The notes beneath the pieces were generated by a model that did no database searches, was not told the origin of the DNA, and was given only the letters and a program-made list of their open reading frames with translations. DNA of 35,910 nt from Intoshia linei (taxonomy: Eukaryota; Animalia; Orthonectida): positions 1-35,910 of the forward strand of contig LWCA01000259.1 of assembly GCA_001642005.1 (NCBI GenBank). Direction: 5' to 3'. Positions within the stretch are counted from its first letter, which is position 1. Each line of letters opens with the position of its first letter. Of the stretch, positions 1 to 11,400 are shown in pieces. The translations under genes and the position numbers were made by a program.

Positions 1-194
1 TAATTATAGTTTTATGTAACTGTCAACTTACTGATAATTTTAATATGTATTTTGCTGAATTTTTATTTTAACATTTAACATTTATTTAACATTATTATTG
101 TAAATATATTTATTCGTATAAATAAATTTAGAAATTTTTTAGCAATAATGTTCTCTTTATTGCGTCGTTAATAGTTCATAATCTCACAAGAAAT

Positions 195-370
195 TTCAGT
201 AATTAATCAGTAATTCAAGTAATTAAAAACATCAGAATCAAAATCTAAGTAAAATATTTAAATAAAGTACAAATTTTATAAAATTCAGTAAAAGTACTTA
301 GTACTTAAAGTAATTGTTAAAAATTAAGTAAAAGTACAAAAAAGTACTTTTAAAAAAGTTGAACACACTA
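195..370 (-). repeat. AAAGTAC/AAGTAA-rich stretch resembling a Tol2-like hAT subterminal region
   Basis: Reiterated aaagtac/agtaatt words ending at aaaagttgaacacacta. The resemblance is from memory of Tol2 ends only. Confidence 0.3.
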
Positions 371-690
371 TTGCTTGTATGTTTTCTAAACAAAAAAAGC
401 ATCATACCGTCGTAAACGTTGATCAAACACTGTACTCTTAACGTTGCATAACTTCTACTTGGCGAAAAACAAAAAGGGGCACTTAAATCAATTTTTTTCT
501 AAAAGGTTTAAAAATTTAGCAGAAGTTATGGATAACTTCGAAAAAGCCTACTAAAATTTAGTTTACAATTGGACGAATCTACTTATGTATTTGCAAGATA
601 TGTTGTGAATGATAACATTAAGGAGGAATATCTGTTTTGTGAGTTATTAAATAAAACTACAAGAGAATTGATGTATTCAAAATAAATTAT
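365..690 (+). pseudogene. Decayed hAT (Buster/ZBED5/SCAND3-like) transposase fragment
   Basis: Manual translation across frameshifts gives SKQKKHHTV..TLIKHCTLNVA*LLLGEK, then FSLQLDEST(deletion)YVFARYVVNDNIKEEYLFCELLNKTT. This matches the hAT KKPHTIGE.LIKP and catalytic LQLDEST...FVRY...EEFLFC motifs. Confidence 0.8.
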
Positions 691-1284
691 ATATTAATAC
701 ATTAAAATATATATAAAATTTTTTATGGGCCCTACAATGTATAATTTACTTTGGCCCCAAATAGAAAAAATTTTACATAGTCCCTTGATTTTTCTAGTGG
801 CCCTTTATATTATATATATTATATTTATATTATATTATATATGACTATGATAGCTTTAAATGTGATATTTGGTGGTTTTTGCTGTAGTATGCTTAATATC
901 TATCCATTTGTAACTGAAAATATCACTTGAAGTAATTATTACTTTTGTTACAACATAGTTTTGTAAGGCTGGATAATCTATTTTAACAAATTAAAAAAAA
1001 AATGATTAAATTAGATGTCCGTACCGGTATACGACGTAGCCTATTAAAAACAATGCGAAGATTTAGCTTACTTCTTATTTCAAAGCAACAATAACGATCC
1101 CATTAAAATTTATGAAATAAATTTGTTCAATTGTTATGCAAAAGTTTTCCGCTACTATTTAATTCGTTTATTTTTTGAGTCTTTAACATTATATTTGAAT
1201 AGTCTATTTTTAATTAATGAATTTGGTGGTATGACCAGGGCTGCTACATTTTTAGTTTAAAACAAGGTTTAAAATAAGTACAGA

Positions 1285-1540
1285 CAGGGTCGTGGAGAGG
1301 GTCATATGTCCCGTGTCTACAATCATGAGCCTACTTTTTTAATTTATTAATAGGTATTGATGAAAAATTTCTTAAGTATATCATAATTTCAATAATCAAT
1401 GATTTCCAATGGTTATTTTTAATTTTTAGATAATGAACGTTCGATTAAATAATGTATAGAGGTCCATTTTTAAAAATTTTTTTATAGGGGCCTATACTTT
1501 TCATCGAGCCCGGGCCTACTGCTGGCTCTCCACGACCATT
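1285..1540 (+). mobile_element. hAT-type MITE family A, copy 1
   Basis: TIRs CAGGGTCGTGGAGAG ... CTCTCCACGACCATT. The body is the reverse complement of 15763-16022. Confidence 0.75.
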
Positions 1541-1639
1541 ATTATGACCAAATCAGCTGTAATTCTTAAATTGTATCTGTTTAATTTAAGTAACTAGTTA
1601 AAATTTTATTTGTAATTAATATTGTATTAATTGATTTTT

Positions 1640-1688
1640 AATCAGGGGTGCACAGTCATTAAGATCAATACTTGGGGTGCATAGGTCA
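1640..1688 (+). mobile_element. Terminal fragment of a hAT/MER5-like MITE
   Basis: Ends in aaaaggttaagaaccactg, followed by cctTAagg (NNNTANNN Buster-type target). Confidence 0.5.
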
Positions 1689-2150
1689 AAAAAGGTTAAG
1701 AACCACTGCCTTAAGGGAAATATTCCCTTTTTCTAATATTTTTTTGAAAAACACGCTTTTACCCAACGCTTAATAGAAATATCTTCTTTTTTCAATATTT
1801 TTTGTAAAAATTGAAATTTACTAACCTTTATGTAAAAAATATCATTTTTCCAATATTTTTTTGAAAAATAATTTTATCAACCCTTAACCCTTTCACTGTC
1901 TGTGTATTCTATACTATACACAACAATTCCACTTCACACGTCTGTGTATTCTATGATATACATAGCATAATTTTGAAAAACTTTATTCTTTTATTTTCAT
2001 AAATTTTCATTTAGGTAATTTAAAAATAATACAAGTTTAAATTAAAACATAAATTCCAGACGTGTTTGTGTGATACATCATAAAATAGTGTTAGAGAGTG
2101 AAAGGGTTAAGGGAAATATCCCCTTTTTCCAATACTTTATGAGAAAAATG
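1689..2150. repeat. Minisatellite (about 57-60 bp dimeric unit), interrupted by a piggyBac-type MITE
   Basis: Repeats of ttttaccaacccttaa(g/t)ggaaatatcccttttttcaatatttttttgaaaaa. Related arrays occur at 5100-5880 (reverse complement) and 21370-21780. Confidence 0.7.
1888..2106 (+). mobile_element. piggyBac-type MITE, copy 1
   Basis: TTAA|CCCTTTCACT...AGTGAAAGGG|TTAA, with TTAA TSD at 1884-1887 and 2107-2110. A second copy is at 13820-14052. Confidence 0.9.
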
Positions 2151-2445
2151 TAAAGTAAGATAAATTCCAATCTCAGAAACGTACATCTTACCGATCAAAA
2201 CCATGAAGTATATTTTTTGTAATATTAAACGCGTCCTAGAACTCAAAAAAGTATACACTCTGATAACGATTTTAAATCATCAACAATCGCATAAATGTAA
2301 ATTTCAAAAAGGTATAACTTCAGAACAAAAACACCAAATTACCTTTTTTTAAAAAATGAAAATTGTGGTAGAATTTAAAAAAAAATTCCGTTCATACAGT
2401 TATCTCCAGTTAACACTCACATAAATTTTTGATCTCACTGAAAAA
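2150..2445 (+). repeat. Dispersed repeat family D (Helitron-like non-autonomous), partial copy
   Basis: Shares catcttaccg(g)tcaaaaacc, tatcttcag..caaaaaccccaaattacc and gaatttaaaaaaa blocks with 8535-9410, 25870-26320 and 32080-32620. Confidence 0.7.
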
Positions 2446-2480
2446 TTACATTAAATTGATATTAAAATATTAAAGATTAG

Positions 2481-5400
2481 ATATATTGCCAACTGTAGTA
2501 CTGTATTGTCCGTACACTATGTGAATCTGGAACCACTGCACTATGTAGTTACTAATTGTAGATGGAAGTAGTTATATTTTAATATTTAGAACGAAAATAT
2601 AATACCACAGTATCAAGTCACGGATTACAGTATATTTTTCACATTTAACTTCTATATCTCACTTTTTCGGAATGTATTATGAAAATTTGTTAAAAGTACT
2701 ATTTTTTAACCGAAATAAGAAGGAAAACAGATCAAATTGCTCGGGAAATCGTGAAAATCCCGTGTTATTTTATTTTTCTGACGTTCTCTGTAGAAAATTA
2801 TATTCAGTTTCTATCTTGTCTGTTATACATTTCATACAAACTAGGAATTAGGTTTACCGAGGATATTTATACGATAGATATACATTAATAACTGAATTGA
2901 ATTTTTGGTTAGTAAAATGAAAACACCAAGTACAGTCAATCGATGATTTATTAACTTTTTTTCTTACGATATTGTTTTCATTGATTAAAATGTTAAAAAT
3001 CGTTGACCTGGTGCCAATCTCATGTTAATTCTGTAAAAGATTTATATTTACATGCTACTTATATGTGATACCAATTACTAAATCATTTAGATTAAATTGC
3101 GAGCCGTTGGTAAAGACTATATTAAATATAGTGTCAGATATTTGTGAAAATTTATCTAGACTTTCAGATTTTAATAATGTCTATCTAAGATCATATCATG
3201 TATATTCAATGCGATCAGTAGTTTCTATATTGGAAAAATTGAAATGTATTCATTCTTATAAATTTACAGATTATGCCGTGGTATTTATAGAAATATGTCC
3301 AATCAAAAATTTTGGTATTTAGGTTTCTGCTGAAAATATAATTGGTCAAATTATAAATATTATATATTACTACCTATACATTTCAAAAAACTTCGATGTA
3401 TTTGAATTGACTGCATACATTTTAATAGCTGACAAAATTATTATATTGTTCAATTTAAACACTGTAATTTTAATATTTTATAAAGGTTATTCTCAAACGA
3501 TAATTTTTGAAATTTCTCCAAAATTTTAATCTTTTTGTAATAATAATAATTATTCAAGTTTTTAAACCTTTTAAAATAAAATAATTTGTAATTTTCGTAT
3601 TTTCAGTAGATTTTCATACTTTTCCTATTTGAGTACATACAATGTATGTTAAATAGTTTAATTTAATTTTTTATTTTATAAACTTTTAAAAATAGGAATA
3701 TAATTATGTGTATTCGGAAACATTATTTAAAAACATGTTTTATATATGTATCAATTATGTTATAACTACAAAATTTAAAAGTTTTCATGCGAAAATTACA
3801 TCAATATTAACAAATCTGTCAAACACTAACCGAGAAAATACATGGTTAATGCGATATCAACATTACGAAAAAATTATTGAAGCTATATCGTGTTATTTGG
3901 ATTTTTTTAAAATGACGAAAAATGATTGGACGTCATGTTCTGTAGATAATTATTCTCGTCAATTTTTAGACAAATTACTTTATTGTATGAAAAATTTGTT
4001 TAAATTGACCCATTATTTAAAAAACGATGATATTTTATTGGAAAAATTGCAAAATTGTTTTCGTAATTTACTTTATTATGTCCAAGTTAAAGATAATGTA
4101 AAATTGGTTGAAATGATGATATTTTATTATCAATTCATTACAGAATCAAATTATTTTTATCAAACCAATTTTATTAGATTTTTAAAAAATTGTGCAGACG
4201 ATATTTGTTTGAAACATATAGGTAATGCTTCCACGTCTCACGTTTTTTCAATATTAACAAACCCGATTATTATTGAAGCTTTAATTAAAATCCTGATTCA
4301 TAGTGAAGCAGACATTCGCACTATTGTGAACCAATTCTTTGAATCACTTTTGAATCTACGAATTACCATCGATGTGGGTATATATAATGCATTTTTTTCT
4401 CATCTTATGCAATGCATGATTTTCTTTCCTGTTCACATTGATTCTTGGATATTTAATTTTTTTATAGAATTTTCGTACAGTTCTGAAAATTGTATACATG
4501 CTAATTTACATGTAGCTTTATTGTACTCTTGGACATTTAGTAAAAATCAACACATTGTTTTTAAATCTCACGTTTCTTTGTGCAAGATTTTTGAACCTTT
4601 GAATTTAACAATCAACTATAAAAATGGAAAAATTTCTGCTAATGATAGGAATAATATTTATATTATTCATTATACTCAATTTTCACATAATAAAGCCATT
4701 GATCATCGTGATTTAGACAAATATATAAACTACATTGAAAATTTTGATGGTAATGATTCTTCCATCTTTATTTCTAGTGTTCAGAATATTCATGATGCTT
4801 TATATGGTAATTTATTTACAAATGTATATACTTTTTAACTGATTTACCACTGATCAAATTGACAATTATAAGGGACAAATGTATTTTTTCTATGATTTAA
4901 GAAAATGTTTAATGAAAAATTAATTAATTTTTTGTTAATGGTTTAAACTTTAAATAAAATGAAAATAATAATTAATTTTGTATTGACACAGTACGGGTCT
5001 TTTAACGGTTTTTTAAAATTAACGACTACTATCTGACCGTATCTACTCATAATTTTTTTCTCTATAGTTTATTATCAATTTCAAATATACAGTATAAAAG
5101 GTTCAATTGTACCGGATTTTTCTTAAAAGATTGGTAAAATTGTGTTTTTTTAATTGATTGGTAAATTTCGATTTTTTTATGAAATATTTTAAAAGGGGAG
5201 TTTTTTCTAAAGGTTTGGTAAAATTAGATTTGTTTATGAAATATTAATAATGGCGTTTTTTATGAAATTTTTATAAAAAGATGGTTTTTTTAAATACTTG
5301 GTAAAATTGAATTTTTTTATAAAATAGTGGGTAAAAGTATGTTTTTTTTAATTGATTGGTAAATTTCGATTTTTTTATGAAATATTTTAAAAGGGGTTTT

Positions 5401-8400
5401 TTTTATAAAAATTGGTAAAATTTTTTTTTTTTCATGAAATGTTCGAATCATGAGGCTTTTTTCTAATTTTTTCTAATAATTTGATATAATTGATTGTTTT
5501 ATGAAATATTGGTAAAAGGGTGGTTTTTATTCTAAAGCATTGGTAAAATTAGGTTTTTTTATGAAATTTTAGTAAAAACGTGATTTTTTCTGAATGCTTG
5601 GTAAAAGGGGATTTTATCTAAAGGTTTAGTAAAATTGTTTTTTTGTATAAAATTTTAGAAAAATAAGGGCTTTTTTCTAAAGCTTTGGTAAAATTGAATT
5701 TTTCTATGAAATATTTTAAAATGGGATTTCTTGTAAAAAATTGTTCAAATTGTGTTTTTTCATGAAATTTTAGTAAAATAGGTGTTTTTTTCTAAAGGTT
5801 TGGTAAAATTGGATTTTTCTATGAAATATTGATAAAAGGCAGTTTTTTTATAGGTTAGGTTAATTTTGATTTTTTTATAAAATAGTGAATAAAAGTGGAC
5901 TATTTGCATAATACATTGTGCAAATATAAATTTAGTAAATCTTGTAAAATTGTATTTTAATTTCATTTCATTCAATTTTTAAGTCTATCTGCCTGTATCG
6001 GCGTTCGGGCTTCTAGTATTAACTACAGTAATAAAGTAAATTTAGATGAAAGCAATTACAAGTATTTAATAGAAAAAAAGATTTTTAAAATTTTGCTTTT
6101 ATCAATAAAGCGAGTATATCAAATAAAAGAATTTAGAATAGTATTCACTAAATTATTCATTTGCTTAATCCAATTACTCACTAATAATTATGATGACGTG
6201 TATCCTTATTTAGACATTGAATTATTTTCATTTTTTTATTATCTTCAATCTATCCTTATTGAAAAAACGAGTAGTAAATTACACTCCATTTGTTGCACAT
6301 TTATATCATTTTTGATCCATCGAATGAAGATTAGTTATGGGAATTCTACCACTCAAATATGTTATGAAATCAACTTTGATACTGCTAATTTTTTTTTTCC
6401 ATTTGAATTTTCGAAACCTTCATTTTTCGGTACCTATTCTATTAATTTAGAAGCCTCTCCTCCAAATTTTTTTGAATTGGAAGGACAAATTCAAGATCAA
6501 TTGTCTATTTATTTTAATGTTTCAAATCACGGAATCGAAAAAATTAAATCATTCACAAACCAAAATGGAATTTTAAAATTTTCCCAATGCACTCTAAATT
6601 ATTTTGATAAAAACTGTGACTTTATGAATAATCTTGTTTTGAACGTGGATGTAAATTATGCTTTCTCTAAAAGTATAGAATCTGTTACTCTAGAAAATTT
6701 ATCAAATTATAAACATGGTACATTTACTAGTACAATTAAATACTTGACCATGATGTCTACTTTTAAAATGATTTCAAATGAAGATGCTAATCGTATATTA
6801 AAATCAACTCTTGAATTTGCGCAAAGTTTAAAAAGGCAAGATGAAAGTTTGTCAAAATGCAGAGTACCAGAGTTTATTTATTCTTTTTTTCGAGTCAGAA
6901 ATTTACTTTGGAAAATAAATTTAAAAATTGGAATAATGTTTGGACCTAAAATGTTTATTAATCAGTTGAATTTACTACAATTGATTCACACTAATTTGTT
7001 TTCTTTTGATTTTATTTCGTATGCTATACATGTTATGGATAATGTTAAATATGGAAATGTCATTTATGATAAGTAATTTTCATTTTATTTTTTTATAATT
7101 TTTAATTTAGATTGAATGTTGAGTTTACGTGGCTTATGCATCATTATTTTTATATGCTTGGTAAATGGAAACATGCTGGTGAGGTGTATGACTTGAATTT
7201 TACTAAATTTTTGGAAAATTTTGTTGAGCGATTTTTGTGCAATATATCGTATTTTATCTCGACTTCTTCAGAAATATTAAATATTTCAATTTTTCTTTTC
7301 AAGAATATTTTAATTTCTAACAAAAATAACTTGTATGTTTTTATAATTAATGGTTACAGTATTCTGTCTTATTAGTTTTCAAATTTAACCCAAAAATTGA
7401 TTAAATATATGTTTTATCCTTAATTTATTGAATGTTATATTTTTTAATGAGGCAAAATTTTTACAGTTTCAAAATTTGTATTTACCGAGAGAATACTGTA
7501 GGTTTATTTTAATTTTAAATTTACTTTAAATTTTTTATTATGATTTTTATAATTTAGAAATGAATTGTTTTATCATGATAGATGTTACCATTTAATATAC
7601 AAATTGTTAAATGAGGTAATTTTTAATTTTATTTCTTTTCTAAATTAATTAATTACTGAATTAAGCCTGTTTAATGGAACAGGATATGAACATGATAAAA
7701 TGGTTTTGAAAAATAGAATTTGGGGTTATCATTTGTTTAGGCTATATGGTAGAGTTAGATGACAATAATTAGTTTTATGTTTTCGAGAATGATTGATAAA
7801 AATTCTTTTTTTCGAAAAGAGAACTTTTTATAATAATTGTATATGCGCAAATTGTTACCAAAAACATTTTGATTATTTTGAAACAGTTTACAAAATTTGG
7901 AAAATAACTATTTGTTTTTTTTAATGTTCAATTTTAGTATTTTACGTATATAACTGAAAACTACCCACCACAAAAATATATTTGTCATTATACTTCAGTT
8001 TTGCACATTCTTGAAATGTTAACTGTCTTGAAGGAATACGAAACATGCCAAAATTATGTAACTTTAAAGAAAATGTCAATTAGAAAAGTTTATGAGGTAA
8101 CTATTCATATACAATAGCGATAGATTAAGTGGTCCATGGATCAGTTGTGAAAAGAGAACCACTTTTTTCATAATTTAAATATTTAAACATGTTTATTATT
8201 TTCACTGTTTTTCTACATTATAATGTATATAAAATGAGTTATATTCAAGAAAAATTTAAATATTCCACAAAAAAAGCGAACCATGTAACTGAAAGGAAAA
8301 TCTGAATAATGTTTAAAAAAAATTTTTTCTTTTAAAAATTTACATTTAATTCATTATATATGTCAATTCGGATTGTCTATGTATAGCATACATTGTATGC

Positions 8401-11400
8401 GTTTCTGATTAACATGTAAATAAAACATTTTAAATTTAGTTACGTGGTTACTAGGATTGGCAATTTACTGATTAAGTTTTTACCTTACATTTTTTTTTAA
8501 AAATCAAAACTAATTTAAGAATAAATAGAAAATCCAACTCATATAAAACTCTTTGGTTGCCTGTCTGTCTGTGTTATCATTTATTTCAATAACTAAGAGT
8601 CTTAGCATTTTAAAAATTCCACATTTCTATTATAATTTTTTTTGGGTGAAAGTAAGATACATTTCAATCTCAGAAACTCACATCTTACCGGTTAAAAACC
8701 CAAATTATCCTTTTTTTAAAAATCAAACGATTCTACAATTTAAAAAAAAGGTATCTTCATGGCCAAAACTACAAATTACCTTTCTTTCATAAAATGAAGA
8801 TACAGTGGTTGTCGATTTAAACCACAGCTTTCTGAAAAATAGCGTGCTTTAAATCGAATGTGTGCTTTAAATTTAACATTTAAATTTTTATTTACAATAA
8901 TTAGATTTTTGAAAAGTAATCTGTAATAGTTTTCTTTTCTTGGTTCATCAGTTCTGTACTAATTACATTTTTAAGATCATAAAAAAATTTTAACACTCAA
9001 TTCAACCGCTATTCTTTTATTCTCTCCAGTGTTAAGTCTTTTGATATTTTAAATTGGGACATAAATTTTATGATAAAAGTATGCTTTATTTTTAATGTTT
9101 TCGAGATTTTCTAAGGATAATGTATATGAAAAGTAAAACTCGTAATAAATGCTGTGGTTTAAAACGAAAATGTGATTTATGTTTAACCCTTTAAAATTGT
9201 TAAAATTTGAGAATTCACATTTACAAGGAAATAGAGTATCCGCAAAATAAGAAATTTATCCATTTAGTATTTAATATTGAAATTAATATTTTTTTCCTTT
9301 TAAATCTACCAAAAACAAAAAAATGCTTTAAATTGACAACTACTGTAGTCCCAAAAATTTAAAAAAAATAGTTCATACATTTATCTCTAGTTAGAACACA
9401 CAAAATAAACATAAACAGATTTTATAGAGGCGTTTTAGGTAAATTTTTTGTGCATGAAAATTTTAAAGAGGATTGTAGTGGATTTTTTTTATAAGAATTT
9501 TAATTAGGGTTCACGTTTTTTAATTTGACTTATTTTTACGAAAGTGAGATGTGTAGAGTTTTAAAGTACCAATTTTTAATATAGTTTTTCGATGATTACA
9601 TCTTATCGAAAATAAGATTTTAGAAATTGAGCCTTTCAGGGTAAAAACCTAAAATCACCCATCCTATTTTTATAAATAAAAAGATACCTAGAATGTTTTT
9701 AAATCTACATTCTTATATTTAAAATATATTATTACATTTAAAAAAAGGCTACATTATACATGTTTTAAAATCATGAACATTATAAATTTCAATTTCAAAA
9801 ACTTATATCTTCATTATCAAAAACCAAAACTGCCCATAATAACTTATATAAAAGTCTGTGTTTGTGTGGCTGTCTTTATTTTATAAAATTAAAAAAAACC
9901 GGTTAGTCTAGGCTATAATTTCAAAAAATATCACATTTAATGCTGCTTTTTCCAGTTAGAATATATAAAAAATTTCAATATTAAGTTAAGCTTAGGCTCG
10001 TGGCAATTATGATCATATATTTAATTTTTCCTCTCCACGGAACTGTTTGCTGGAAGTGTGAATTTTAGCTTACATATTTTTAAAATAAATATGAATTTGC
10101 TGGAATTCATCTTGACAGAACTTTCAAATATTAATTGAATTTTAGAAAAAATGTTGGATAGATTTTATCCAATTTTTTAAATTATCTATAAATTACATTG
10201 ATCATTTGAATTTGGATGTGAAATGCAAAATATGGAAATTTCTATCGGAATGTACTCCAATGGATGTAATTGAAGGGTTTTTTGACGAAAAAATTGCTAA
10301 AATTTTTTGTATTCCATTAAAATGTGCTTATAAACTATCAACAAACCCTAAAACTGAATTTCTCCTTCGTATCAATTGCATGAAATATATTAATTCGATG
10401 TTTCAAAATGCTACATACAACAACTGGGAAACTAGTTATTACTCTTCAATTTCTATCAATACTAATAAACCCAACTATTATTTCAATGAAATCAACCCTT
10501 TAAATTATACAGACATTTTCGACAGCATATTATCTGTTTTATGTTTATTTATCGAAGTTTTAGGGTTTTCAATGGTTCAAGATAGGAAATATGAGTTGGT
10601 TTGGTTATCTGATTTATTATCAGAATTTTACATATATTTGCAACATTTCATTAATCTTTATCCTAAAAATGTGACTTTGGATCAAATATTTGAGAAATCA
10701 AAACACAATGAACAAAATATTATAAAATACATTTTGGCAAGTTTTGATGTCAAATTTATTAATATTTTAAATAAAATTCAAGACTCTGACGCGTATTTAA
10801 ATCATGAAGCACAGTCTATTTTACACAGATTCTCAAAGTTTTATAGTAATTCTTTGGATTTATTAATGTTACTTTTTAAAAACAAGAAAAATTTAATGCA
10901 TGAAGCAATAAATGAAATGAATAATGAATTTAATACACTTTTAATTGTCATTTTGTCTTGTAAAACATTAAAACCTATATTTATGGATACGTCGTTAAAT
11001 TTTTTAGCAAAATTCTTTGATTTTATTGGTATCAAAACAAATGTCTACATTAATGATTCTTTATACTCTGCAATTCATGACAATCTCAAATATAGCCTTT
11101 CTCATAAAACTACCAAAAATGTTTACTTTCTACCAAAAATATTGTGGATTTTGTTAAAAATTTTAAACTATGATTTTTCAATAAATAAAAATATGTATTT
11201 CAAAAGATTGCACAAAAATACTGATATTTATCAATTTTTATCATATGCAAGAAATTTTAAAAATAATTTTTTTGATAATTATGTGTTTATGGAAAAGAAT
11301 CATGAATTACACGGACATGTCAAAAATTTAAAATGTTCATTTTATCTGGATATTGGATGTTTGTTGGTTCAATATTCTTTTATTGATTATGATAAAAAAG

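Noticed and set aside
5100-5880. Periodic repeats as a CRISPR array
   Set aside because: The units are degenerate and contiguous with no unique spacers, there are no cas genes, and the context is a eukaryotic intron.
5760-5975. 71-aa minus ORF
   Set aside because: It is a translation of minisatellite sequence.
8553-8792. 79-aa ORF
   Set aside because: It lies within non-coding repeat family D. The same applies to 26124-26312.
10841-11035. Antisense ORFs (also 12735-12968, 13160-13360, 24338-24568, 25625-25813, 26758-27003)
   Set aside because: They are shadows of real or probable exons on the opposite strand.
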